From Eledone cirrhosa (taxonomy: Eukaryota): DNA of 64,000 nt. Shown one piece after another: positions 1-12,180 of the stretch; position 1 is the stretch's first letter, and every line of letters begins with the position of its first letter. Location: contig OZ024758.1 in NCBI GenBank assembly GCA_964016885.1, positions 22,878,001 to 22,942,000 of the forward strand, in the 5' to 3' direction. The translations under genes were made by a program, and so were the position numbers. The notes under the pieces were generated by a model. It saw only the letters and a list, made by a program, of their open reading frames with translations. It had not been told where the DNA came from and did no database searches.

Positions 1-123
1 GATAACGTCAGGGAATGACAGCTTCCTACTCCTAGTCAGGCTGGAGTCAGGGTTCCAGAGCAAGAGAGCGGATATGATTTCATTGCTGGCACGGTGACAG
101 TGGCCAGCAAATTGAGCTCTCCG
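1..123 (-). mobile_element. RTE-like LINE ORF C-terminal fragment
   Basis: Minus strand reads RRAQFAGHCHRASNEIISALLLWNP...RKLSFPDVI, typical of the RTE-type C-terminus (R.FAGHC.R...LLW.P). A related fragment lies at 2236-2450. Confidence 0.7.
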
Positions 124-135
124 GGATTTTAGATC

Positions 136-711
136 ATTTCTACTTTTGGCACAAGGCCAGCAATTATCCCAGTGCATTACTGGCACATTATTTTATCGAC
201 CCCGTAAGGATGAAAGGCAAAGTTAACCTTGACTGCATTTGTACTTAGATCGTAAAGGGCCGTAACTCTATGCTGAAAAACATAGTGTCCGACCTTCTAC
301 CGATACTGCCAATCCACAGCCATTATTGGCAGTATCGGTAGAGGGTCGGACATGCTTTCCAGCATAGTTACTTCCCTTTACAATCTGAGTTCAAATCCCG
401 CCGAGGTTAACTTTGCCTTTCATCCTTATGGGGTCGATAAAATAAAGTACCAGTAATACACTGGGGAAATTGCTGGCCTTGTGCCAAAAAGTAGAAACAC
501 TTATTAATGAGATAGATATTAATGACTGTTTCTACTTTTGGCACAAGGCCAGCAATTACCCAGTGCATTACTGGTATTTTATTTTATCGACCCCGTAAGG
601 ATGAAAGGCAAAGTTAACCTCGGCGGGATTTGAACCCAGACCATAAAGGGCCGTAACTCTATGCCGCAAAGCATGGTCGCCGACCCTCTACCGATACTGC
701 CAATCCGCCGC
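136..711. mobile_element. Three copies of the dominant tRNA-derived SINE (OK-like), orientations -,+,-
   Basis: ~185-bp unit: TGGCAGTATCGG (A box), GAGTTCAAATCC (B box), body GGTTAACTTTGCCTTTCATCCTTACGGGGTCGATAAAATAAAGTACC, tail GTAGAAACAATTATT. Copies at ~136-322(-), 325-505(+), 527-711(-). Dozens more occur across the window. Confidence 0.9.
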
Positions 712-915
712 ATATAATTATTTTTATGCAGGGGTGCTCTGATACATGAAAACTATTTCAAGGGTTCCACAAGGTTAAAAAGGTTGAGAAACTCTGCTCT
801 AGAGAAAGGGATAAAACAAAGGCAGTTAAACCTTCAGCTTTTGTTTCCAGAAAAAAACCACAGCAAATCTAGACAATATAAAATACTGTAAAGTAGATAT
901 GTATTTAGAGTACAA

Positions 916-1262
916 TCATCATTTCATCATCATTTCATTTTACGTCCGCTTTTTCCCTGCTGGCAAGGGTGGGACGGGAACTGATTCTGGCTTGATTTCT
1001 ACAGCTGGATGCCCTTCCTAACACCAACCTCATTTACAGTGAGTGCTGGGTGCTTTTTTTGCCGTGGCACCTCCACAACGACTTTGCAATGAAATGATAG
1101 GGACCCCAGTCCCTATCAACTCATTTCTACAGCTGAGTAAACTGGAGCAATGTGAAATAAAGTGTCTTGCTCAAGGAAACAACACATCACCCGGTCTGAG
1201 AATTGAACTCACAACCTTTCGATTGCAAGGCCAATGCTCTAACCACTAAGCCATGTGCCTCC
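916..1262 (-). mobile_element. Second tRNA-derived SINE (OR-like) with (ATG)n tail
   Basis: Minus strand begins GGAGGCACATGGCTTAGTGG (A box)...GAGTTCAATTCTC (B box) and ends in ATGATGA repeats. Near-identical copy at 58121-58453; partial copies at ~1732-1801, 8625-8840, 16790-17070, 18860-19063. Confidence 0.85.
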
Positions 1263-2235
1263 ATATGCTGCATTTAAAAAAATTCCTGCTATGCTGGATT
1301 TAATTCAATTTAGGTTACATACAATGCCTAAATATTGAATCGCACATTTGATAAGTGAGGAAAGAAGAAAGATTTGTACCATTTCAGCTAAATCTTTTGT
1401 AATAGTTAATCTACTTACATCCCAACTACATCTAAGTATAATAGTTCATAGTATTCTGTATGGTGGTTTAACTGTATCATGGGACTGATTAGTATAAATA
1501 ATTGTAGTCTAAAGTAACAACAACAAGCTAACATTTAACTATTTTCTATATGCCAGATTTAATATTACAAATGAATTAGACTCTCAATATCACTGATTGT
1601 TTATTGATTTAGCATGGGATTCTCTGCATCCTACTTAAAAAAATATTAAAACCAACATAATGATTTCTAGTATAAGTATATAGGTACAAGGCCAGTAATT
1701 TGGGCGGGGGGAGTCGATTAAATCGACCCCAGTCTGAGAATTGAACTCACAACCTTTCGATTGCAAGGCCAATGCTCTAACCACTAAGCCATGTGCCTCC
1801 AGGTAGGAAAAGGTAATTATTTATCAACCACCATTGTATCAGTGTACATTCTTCAGATTCATTTGTACTACATTCCTGGAAGTAACATCTCTTAATTACT
1901 CCCTAGGACTTCCATCAAAGGTAGCTAGGTCAAGAGAGTAAATACAGTGTCTATATTTATAGTTAAACTAACTAGAAATAATTATGCAGTGGAGGGGGGG
2001 GGGGGGGGATAAATTGTCAATGACAATTAACATTTTCATTTTCCCTAAAAGTATGGGAGATTATTCTAGACATGTTTCAGTTTTATTTGGACCTCATCAG
2101 CAAAGCACAGTCATTATCATACTTGATAAAGTAGTGATGAGAGAATCACTACATAAATGTACAAGATTGTACATTGGTTAGCTTAGAAAAATATAACTGT
2201 TAAGACAAGCTTTTTAATGTTCACAGTATTAAATA

Positions 2236-2450
2236 TCATCATCATCATCCAGCAGCCTCAGCCGAAATCGACTCAACAATTGATCTCCCCGTGGGTCTGT
2301 CATTCATTGCCGTTGCCAAGTCCTGGATTTCAATACCAGAATCTCTGGAGATGACATCAGGATAGGAGAGCTTGTTCCCCCTGTTATTTCCAAAGCACTA
2401 ATGGGGATACAGCCTCATAGGTGGCACGATGACAGTGGCCAGCAAATCTT
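2236..2450 (-). mobile_element. RTE-like LINE 3' end with (GAT)n tail
   Basis: FAGHCHRA motif and YPDVISRD on the minus strand, ending at CATCATCAT on the plus strand. Same family as 1-123. Confidence 0.65.
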
Positions 2451-2820
2451 ACTTTCTTTTCACGTATGACAACAGATATGCGTGAATCTATGAGATTTTT
2501 ATGTTATTTATTTTGAGAACAATACCGTAACATAAGTATGAGTGGCCAGTTATGGCCAGTTTGAACAGAAAGCGTTGAGAGAATTCTGGTTGGTTTAAAT
2601 GCTAAAGGGTTAAGGTACTGAAGACATTGTATGAAATAATGCAAATAATGGTTTCTGATTTAGGTCCAAGGCCAACAATTTTTTGGGGAAGGAGAACATC
2701 AATTAAATTGACACCAGTGTATTACTGGTGCTTTATCTTATCAACCCCTGTAAGTATGAAAGGCAAAGCTAAACTTGGCAGAATTTAAACCCAGGACATA
2801 AACGGATGTAGCTAAACACC

Positions 2821-3030
2821 ACAAAGCATGTTGTCCAACGCTCCACCATAACTATATTCCACAAAGTATGTTGTCCAATGCTCCACCATAACTATATTCC
2901 ACAAAGTATGTTGTTCAACCCTCCACCATAACTATATTCTAGAAAGCATGCTGTTCAACGCTCCACCATAACTATATTCCGCAAAGTATGTTGTCCAATG
3001 CTCCACTGAAATTATATGCTGCCAATCCAC
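2821..3030. repeat. 40-bp tandem repeat (~5 units) derived from a SINE head
   Basis: CTCCACCATAACTATATTCCACAAAGTATGTTGTCCAATG recurs at 2841, 2881, 2921, 2961 and 3001, contiguous with an old minus-strand SINE at ~2648-2840. Confidence 0.85.
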
Positions 3031-3935
3031 CATGCAGTCCAGTACAAATAGTAATTGCAGCTTCAAATCATACCACCTCCATCCTGAGACATTTACAAAC
3101 TGCAAAGATATGCAATTTACTCATATTTCCTTGGATAAACACAACAGTTTATATTATATCATATTTCTAAGCTCTCATGAGACTCACCAACTTAATTCTG
3201 TTGGTTTTTCGTCTTATCTATTTTCTTTTTTTATTCATGTACTAAACCATCAGTAAGTAGTTACATAATTTGTTTCAGTCCTAATGACTAAGGTCATGCT
3301 GCAGCCCCATTCTCAGAGCATGTGTGTCCTTTGTCTTCCGTACTGTTTCTACAATATCACCAAAACTGTTAAAGCTAAACTAAAAAGTCAGACTGGGGAT
3401 ATTCAACTCAAGAAAGAACCTTGTATCTTTAGTTAATAATAGTTTGTATGTTTTAAGCCTTTAGTATTTAAACCGAACATATCTGGCCAGAATTCTCTCA
3501 CCTCTTTCTGATCAAACCGGCTGTAACTGGCTCCTCATACTTTATTTTGAGAACAATACTTTCACATCAGTATGAGTGGCTGGTTACAGCTGGTTTGAAT
3601 AGAAAAAAGTAAGAGAATTCTGGCCGGATACGGCTGGTTTAAATGCTAAAGGGTTAATCATCTAGGGTTATCCAAATAACACCAGTTATGCCAAGATAAC
3701 TTTTTAACACTAGCTTAACCTCAATTTTGGTTTAAACAGAAAATTTGTGATAACATTTTTTTTTAAACAGGAGTATGTTTTGACCAAAAACTCTTTGGTG
3801 TTATTTGTTAATTAACTATAATGTGGCACAAACTAACACAGTCTAATTGGAATAAAATCCAAGTTGAATGTCTTCATTTAGATTTGTGGATTTATCAAAT
3901 GAAAAATAAAGCTTAAATTCTTTCATCTTGTTTAG

Positions 3936-4027
3936 ATAGCTATGTACCAAGTATTATTGAAGAACCAGTGTCTGATGAAGAAAGAACTTCATTAATTAAC
4001 AAAACAATTTCTAGAAACTTTTGTTAA
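3936..4027 (+). CDS. Possible terminal coding exon of an upstream gene; ends ...EEPVSDEERTSLINKTISRNFC*
   Basis: Pyrimidine-rich acceptor TTCTTTCATCTTGTTTAG ending at 3935. Phase-1 open frame (D)SYVPSIIEEPVSDEERTSLINKTISRNFC then TAA. Contains a [DE]xxxL[LI] motif (ERTSLI). Non-repetitive sequence, but short. Confidence 0.45.
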
Positions 4028-4849
4028 TGGTACCATTTTAATTTGTTTTTCTGTGTTTCAAATATATTCCTTTTTAAATTTTTCCTTGTGAAAGTCAATT
4101 AATTCTCTCCTTTCAAGTCATGTTTTTCAGTTAAAAATAGCAAAGTTATTTGATTAAGTTTAAATTGTATTATATTATTTCAACATAGTAACTTTACCTT
4201 TTATCCTTCTAAGGATTGCTAAAATAAAATCCCAGTCAATTACTGAGGGGGTCAATTTGATTACCTTCCCTTCCCCTCCCCCCAACTCATCAGTCTTGTA
4301 CCTATGTTAGAAACCATTGTGAACTTGTTAAAACCTTAGTTGAGCCAATTCATTCCTCATTCTCCAATGTTCAAGTAGAAAGAAAAAAAGTTCTGCTATG
4401 ACCAACATTCTATTCTCGTAAACCACAAGTACAAGTTTTCAGGATATTTTCATTTTTATTTGCCATAATTTTCTAAGTGTGACATCACAACATCAGAGCA
4501 GCTATCTTGACAGACATCACAAATTCTAAATTGGGCAGTGAGTCACTAGGTCAAGATTCAAAGATGAGTACACTGTCAAATATATATATATGTATATATT
4601 AAAAGTACAAATCTGGTTGAAGCAAACAGGCTATTAAGTGAAGCACTGAGGTCATTCAATGTCAATTACTACTTCATATAAAAAAATAAATATACCTGAA
4701 GATTAAATATGAACTTAATGATGGAGTGACTGCTAATACTCATTGATATAATACAAGCTAAACAAAACAAAAAAAACTCAGCCTGCTAGAAATAGAAAAC
4801 AAATCCCTCAGATTATACCCTACTATCTTTTAAAAAGGAGTACTAGTCC

Positions 4850-5056
4850 TTAACCCTTTACATTACTCTATATATACTATTGTATTTTCACAGTAAAGGC
4901 TTTACTTCACATAATATCGAATCTACGAGATTTTGATGACGATGTTAATTATTTTGAGATTAACATCAGTATGAGTAACCGGTTACAGCTAGTTTGAACA
5001 GAAAGAGGTAAGAGAATTCTGGCTAGATATGGCCAGTTTAAATGCTAAAGGGTTAA
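4850..5056. mobile_element. piggyBac-type MITE (representative copy)
   Basis: TTAA|CCCTTTA...TAAAGGG|TTAA termini. Further copies at ~2480-2613, 3453-3657, 5319-5512, 9094-9452 (double), 9604-9817, 10150-10364, 33480-33690, 46521-46746. Confidence 0.85.
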
Positions 5057-6004
5057 TATACAAAGAGATGGAATGGTCATAGTTAGAATATTTTAATTGT
5101 AGGTCTACTCAATTATGGCCAACCTGGAGTAAACAAAACATTTTGATATTTTAGTCATACTCTTGGAATCAGTAATGTTGCTTCCATAAGAGAGTTCTAT
5201 CTGTGATAAAAATGTATGCCATAGTAGACTTTAAAAATGTATGCCATAGTAGATCTTTTTCTAATATTCAACTACATTCGTGATTGACCTGACTAATAAA
5301 GCCAAGTGTATATAATCATTAACCCTTTAACATTTAAACCGGACAGAATTCTCTGCCATCTTTCTGTTCAAACCGGCTGTAACTGGCCGCTCATACTTAT
5401 GTTAAGAACAATACCTTAACATCAGTGTGAGCAGCCAGTTACAACCGGTTTGAACAGAATGATGTGAGAGAATTCTGGTTGGATATGTCCGGTTTAAATG
5501 CTAAAAGGTTAAGCTGGAATTTGGAACATAACTTATTAAAGGTTCTTACATAAATTTATGATGGAAGGTTTTTAGGTAAATATAAACTTATCATAAAACT
5601 AGAGGCAGTTTCAGACAGTTTGGTATCAAAATGGTTAAACAGCAAATTCCTAACTTTTAAAAACAAACTTCATAGTTAACAATTAGATATTTTTCAAATT
5701 TTTATCGGCTTCAAAATAGCAAGATGAATATAAAATATAGATATATATTTATAGTAATTCATCATCATCACCGTTTAATGTCAATTTTTCCACGCTAGAA
5801 TGGGTTAGACGAGTTATTCTGTTGTGAGCAATGCCAGGTCAAGTGACCATGTCATGCTCATACAGAATCGATTTTGGCTTGATTTCTACAGCTGGATGTG
5901 CTTCCTAGCGCCAACTACAGTACTAGTTGCTTTTTGCTGTAACACCACTTGACATGGGCGCTTTTGCCAAACACAACTACTGAGGCCTAGAATGTTTCAA
6001 TGAA

Positions 6005-8442
6005 AGGCTGATGAATGTGGAAAATGTGTGGGATGAAGAAAGACCACCCCCAACAGACCGAAGAGAAGGACCAGCTACAGAAATTGACAGTTATAATGCC
6101 AAAGAAGCAATAAAGGAGATGTGGTATGGTAAAGCTGTGGGACCATCAGAGATAGTTGCTGAGATGCTAAAAACATTGGGAAAAGTAGGAGCTGAACTTG
6201 TCACCCACACAGCCAATCAGGTAATACAGGAAGGAGTCATATTCACTGGTAGAGCAGTAAACTAACAGCTACAAAGGAAAAGTTGATTCTCTAGAAAGTA
6301 GCAACTCCAGAAGCATAAAACTGATGGACCAAGTTATGAAAGTGACAGAAAAAGTTATACCACAACAAATTAAGGAGAGCAGTTCAGTTTTGTGCCTGAG
6401 AGATGTACTACATATGTAGCTTTTGTTGATCTAGAGAAGACCTTTGACAGAGTACCACAATCTATCATCTGATGGTCCTTAAGGAAACCAAGGGAAGAAG
6501 AATGGATTGTAAGAACAGTGCAAGACATGTACAGAGAAGCTGTCAGAAAAGTGAAAGTTGGCAATGAGTTTAATGAAGAATTCAAGATTCAGTCCTCAGC
6601 CCACTTCTGTTCATTATAGTTCTCCAGTTCATAACAGAGGAGTTTAAGACTGGCAGCCCATAGGAACTTCTTTATGCTGATGATCTGGTTCTTATAGCTG
6701 AATCCATAAAAGAATTAGAGAATAATTTTCGGCTTTGGAAACATAATTTAGAATTAAAAGGGCTGAGAGTAAACTTAGTGAAAACTAAAATGTTAGTAAG
6801 TAAGAAAAAAGGCAGGGCCCTGATTCCATCAAAGTGGCCCTGTTCAATATGTCAAGGAATAGACAGAAACTTTATATGATGTACACAAATCTTGGGTACA
6901 CAGGTATAGTTGGATAACAGGGAGACTAACAGGAAAGGAATACTTCATATGTAATAGATGTACAGGGGTAATTGATATTAAGAAGGCCAGAGATAGTAAG
7001 AAGGATCCATAGAAGTGGTTGATAGCGTCTACTACCAAAGTGATCTAATTATCAGTGGAGGAGGGTTCTCCAAGATCATATTAGCTAGAATAAGGATAAG
7101 ATGGAATAAGTTTAGGTAGCTACTCTCTCTTTTAACAACAAATTGTTTCTCTCTATGAACAAAAGGATGGCTGTATGACACCTGTGTGTGAAGTGTGATG
7201 TTGCATGGTCGTGAAAGATGGGCAGTGATTGCAGAGGGTATGTGGTGCTACATGGTCGTGAAACACGAGCAGCGATTGCAGAGGGTATGTGGTGCTACAT
7301 GGGCAGTGATTGCAGAGGACATGTGGTGCTACATAGGCAGTGATTGCAGAGGACATGTGGTGCTACACGATAGTGAAAGATGGGCAGTGATTGCAGAGGA
7401 CATGTGGTGTTACATGATAGTGAAAGATGGGCAGTGATTGCAGAGGGTATGTGGTGCTACATGGTCGTGAAACATGAGCAGTGATTGCAGAGGGTATGTG
7501 GTGCTACATGGTCGTGAAACATGGGCAGTGATTGCAGAGGGTATGTGGTGCTACATGGTCGTGAAACATGGGCAGTGATTGCAGAGGGTATGTGGTGCTA
7601 TATGGTCGTGAAACATGGGCAGCGATTGCAGAGGGTATGTGGTGCTACATGGTCGTGAAACATGGACAGTGATTGCAGAGGGTATGTGGTGCTATATGGT
7701 CGTGAAACACGGGCAGCGATTGCAGAGGGTATGTGGTGCTACATGGTCGTGAAACATGGGCAGCGATTGCAGAGGGTATGTGGTGCTACATGGTCGTGAA
7801 ACATGGGCAGTGATTGCAGAGGGTATGTGGTGCTACATGGTCGTGAAACATGGGCAGTGATTGCAGAGGGTATGAGAAGGCTGGAGAGAAATGAAGCAAA
7901 GATGCTTCAATGGATGTGCAATGTTGCGTGAGAATGACAGAGCTTGGATGAACTGAGAAAAAACATGAGTATAAGAGGAATCAGAAGTAGAGTGCAAAAG
8001 AGAAGACTGTGTTTGGTATGGACATGTGATGTGCATGAGTGATGATTGCTGGGTGAAGAAATGCCAGGAAATCCCAGTGGAAGGAAACCACAGAAGAGTA
8101 AGGCCAAGGAAGACCTGGGAGGAGATAATAAGAGATGAACTCAAACTGCCAAAATTCACAGAAGAGAAGACAGAGGAACGTGACAAGTGGAGAGATACTT
8201 GCTGAAAAGCACCCATCCAATCCATGCAAGCAGGGCCTATGAGGGGGGCTCCAGCTGGTACTTTTGTCCCGAGGCCCAAGAACTAAGAAGGCCCCACAGT
8301 AATCTTGCAACTTCCATTTTGAGAAAATTCTTTGCCTGTTTTTGGCCCAAAAGGGATCTTGTAACACCTTGCAAAATTTTTCTTGGAGGCCCTGCATGAA
8401 AGCATGGAGAAGCGAGCATTTAAATGATGATGATGATGATGT
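6005..8442 (+). mobile_element. Decayed RTE-clade LINE (reverse transcriptase to 3' tail)
   Basis: Frame-broken RT motifs in order: KAVGPSEIVAEMLK, YVAFVDLEKTFDRVP, QDSVLSPLLFIIVL, ELLYADDLVL, then WYGHV and RVRPRKTWEE. Ends in a (TGA)n tail at ~8425-8441. Confidence 0.9.
7190..7873 (+). repeat. 47-bp minisatellite inside the RTE LINE
   Basis: GGGCAGTGATTGCAGAGGGTATGTGGTGCTACATGGTCGTGAAACAT, about 14 units including shorter variants at the left end. Confidence 0.95.
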
Positions 8443-9988
8443 TTTAAGTTGGTAACTTATACTACCAACCTCCATATGACAGGGTTTTATAATTACAATT
8501 ATTCAATTTCAGTCATTAAAGTTGAGCTAGTATTGAGTTGCATCAATTTAAATTTATTTTAATGTAAAAGTTAAAACGTGACTTGAATTAGTTATTTTGA
8601 TTATTGTACATAAAAAAAAAAGGAACGATCGACTTTCGTCAAATCGGACCGAGGGAACAATGTTTCCGTTGGTCTTTCCAATTGCTAATACTATCTATCG
8701 GTCGCAACTCCAGGTAGAAGGAGCAACGTGAAATAAAGTGTCTTGCTCAAGGACATAACGCATCACCTGGTCCAGGAATCGAACTCACAACCTTACGATT
8801 GCGAATCCAATTCTCTAACCATTCAGCCACACGCCTTCACATAATAAGGTGTAAAAGAAATAGTACTGAAATTAACTCGATACAATTATTTTTTTAAATA
8901 ATGACTTGGCTTAAATTTGAGACTAATAGTAAATTAACAAGAATACTTAAGTTCTGAAGTTTTTGTTTGCCCGGTGTGTGGGAAATTGACTTAATTACAT
9001 TTCAATTGCATTTGTACAGCATGAAAGCTGTTTTTTGGTACCAAGCCATTTAATTGGTGAGGTTTAAGTTGCATATGAAATGAAAATTATGCTCAACCCT
9101 TTAGCATTTAAACTGGCCATATCCGGGGAGAATTTTCTCACCTTTTTCAGTTCAAACTGACTGCAACTGGTCACTCATACTGATGTTAAGGTATTGTTCT
9201 CTTTACCATGAAAATACAATACTATATACAGAGTAATGTAAATGTTAAAGGGTTACCCTCTAGCATTTAAACTGGCTGTATCTGGTCAGAATTCTCTAAC
9301 CTCTTTCTGTTCAAACCAGCTGTAACTGGCCACTCATATTGATGTTAAAATATTGTTCTCAAAATCTCATAGATTCAATATTATGTAAGATAAAGCCTTT
9401 ACCACAAAAATACAATAGTATATATAGAGTAATATAAATGCTAAAGGGTTAAGTTATACTCTAGTTTAAAAACTAATCAACCAGCCAGTGCTTAGTTGAA
9501 TGTTTTATATTTTAAAAGGCAAATAAACTGAGCAGTTTCTGTTTTAAAACAAGTTTTAAAGTAAATCTGGCAGTGAAGTATCCACTCAATTGGTCTGTAT
9601 TACTTAACTCTTTAGCATTTAAACCGGTCATATCCGGCCATAATTTTCTCACCCCTTTCTGTTCAAACTGGCCATAACAGGCCACTCATACTGATGTTAA
9701 AATATTGTTCTCAAAATAAATAACATCAAAATCTCATGGATTCGATATTATATGAGATAAAGATTTACAGTGAAAATACAATAGTAAATATAGAGTAATG
9801 TAAATGGTAAAGGGTTAAGTAGACAAATGGAATCAAGAATATAACATGAAGTGTGAGAAAACATAGAATGTTTTAAGGACGACAAGCAATTTAGAAATGA
9901 ATAAAGTTGATATTTTTTTATATATATTGCCAGGTGGTGCTATTAAGTTAGACATGGCCTAGGCCAATACTGGTCGAAAGTTATCAAA

Positions 9989-10023
<35 letters not shown>

Positions 10024-11018
10024 CCCAGCCAAATTTACAGTCCTTGCCAGGGCAAGGTGCAACATGGTCAACCCTAGCCAGACTTGCCTCCCAGCATGGA
10101 CCCCTGCAATGATAGAAGAATTGACGCTGAACAGAAATGATGATATTAATTAAACCGGCTGTTTTCCGGTCAGAATTCTCTCACGTTTTTCTGTCCAAAC
10201 TGGCCATAACCAGCTGCTCGTACTGATGTTAAGGTATTGTTTCCAAAATAAATAATATCAAAATCTCATAGATTCAATATTATGTGAGATAATTATACAA
10301 GATAAAGCCTTTACCATGAAAATACAATAGTATATATAGAGTAATGTAAATGCTAAAGGGTTAAGGTCTTCCACTTCAGTTTGGATTATAAGATCAGTGT
10401 TAGTAGCAGTGTGCAAATCTTGTAAACCAGTGTAGACGTTGAATCGAAGGCTCAACTCAATAGTTCAAGATACATATTGGTCTGGATATATATAAAGTTG
10501 AAAGCTTTCATGATATACATTATATTGAAAAAAACATCGCTCCCCATCCTCCAAACACAACATTACTTTCTTATTTGTATTGAAAATAATAGTTTCTACT
10601 TTTGACACAAGGCCAGCAATTACCCCAGTGCATTACTGGTGCTTTATTTCATCGACCCAGTAAGGATGAAAGGCAAAGTTAACCTTGGCGGGATTTGAAC
10701 TCAGAACATATAAAGTCGTAACTATAAGCCACAAAAGCATTTTGACCGACGCTTTACCGACACTGCCAATTCACCACCCTGCATCATAAATGTTTCTACT
10801 TTTGGCCCGAGGCCAGCAATTATCCGTGTATTACTGGTACTTTATATTCATCGACTGAAAGGCAAAGTTAACCTTGGCGGGATTTGAACTCAGAACGTAA
10901 AGGGCCGTAACTCTATGCTGCAAAGCATGGTGTTTGACGCTCTACCGATACTGCCAATCCACCATAAAAAAAAAAATATTGTATAAAAATGTAAGGAAAA
11001 AAAAAAATTAACACTTAC

Positions 11019-11367
11019 TGATTTTGGAAATAACAGCCAAAATGATGAATAGTGACATGATGTGCTGGAACATTAGTGAAGGTAATTTATAGTCATCGAA
11101 ATGTTGTCGTTTCTTTATTGAATGAGAGAGATCTGGTACTTTGTCGGACTTCTGCTGAGTGTGATGTTTAAGATATAAGTCGGACAACTCAGGATCGAGA
11201 TATAATCCATTGGCGACAGCAATGAATGGCATTTGAGAAGCAGTCTGACCAGCGGTGGACTGAGAGATTCCAGCTATCACGCCAATCAGTAATACTAAAA
11301 GCATGGACATGGTGATAAGATCAGATCGTCTAAGGAAGGGTAAAAATGACAATGATGAAGTAGTCAT
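11019..11367 (-). CDS. Probable first coding exon of a membrane protein, best guess Na+/H+ exchanger (SLC9A/NHE family)
   Basis: ATG at 11367, 116 codons plus 1 nt, then a canonical donor A|GTAAGT at 11018. Signal-like hydrophobic stretch MSMLLVLLIGVIAGISQS. Terminal TM segment IMSLFIILAVISKI resembles NHE ISLWILLASLAKI|GFH. As I recall, NHE exon 1 also ends in a phase-1 intron right after KI. Confidence 0.6.
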
Positions 11368-12143
11368 TGTGAGGCAAATATACACACACACACACACACA
11401 CACGCTTGGTGACACTTGGGTGTCTTTTTTTTACTTGGTGTGATTATATATATTGACTTGCCCTACATATAACTTACCAAAAGTGTTACGAGGAACAAGG
11501 AAAAACAGTTAAAATAAGATTTGTAATATGTAATAAGGAAAGCTATGATGTTCGACAGTCTAACGGGATATCCAAGAATACTACTGTGTCAACAACACTA
11601 AAATATAGAAACGGTGGAGAGGAAGCGAGTTTGCACGTGGATGCTGTAGGAACTATCGACGTCTTCCACCCACGAATTAAATCACAATTAATTTACAGCC
11701 CATACAAACCAGATTGTTAACAATAGCACACAACTCTAAATATAACATCACAAAGTGACTAAAAGAATACACGTAATTTAATAAATTTAAAAAGGTAAAT
11801 AAAATCACATCAATCTATCTCTATATATATATATGTATGTATGTATTTATAAAAAAAAGTGGGGTGAACGATTAAGTAAAAACACAGGTGTAATTATCAA
11901 TTTACTAGATCGATATATAAATATAAATGAAAAATGGTCTATAAATGCTTTGTTTGGTTTTCATTGTTTAAGAAAAGGTTGAATAAATCTCTAACACAAA
12001 TCATAAAATATACAGTACAAAGTTAGAAAAAAATCTAATCTAGTCGCCAAAACACACACATATATATAAACAGGAATTGGTATTGATTTATTTCGATTTA
12101 GCTAAACAATGGTGGTAATCAATAAACGAACGGAAAATTAAAC

Positions 12144-12180
<37 letters not shown>

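Noticed and set aside
1190-1262. tRNA-like sequences with A and B boxes (also 60352-60425, 60678-60722 and all SINE heads)
   Set aside because: They are SINE heads or fragments; I could not fold a complete cloverleaf.
1857-1920. Possible small plus-strand exon (TTCTTCAG...AAG|GTAGCT)
   Set aside because: Weak donor, only one open frame, no recognisable peptide, and its phase does not join the 3936 exon.
11085-11118. Sulfakinin/CCK-like neuropeptide precursor reading of KKRQHFDDY
   Set aside because: No G-x-x-RF-G amidation signature or closing basic site; the sequence continues into a TM helix and a splice donor.
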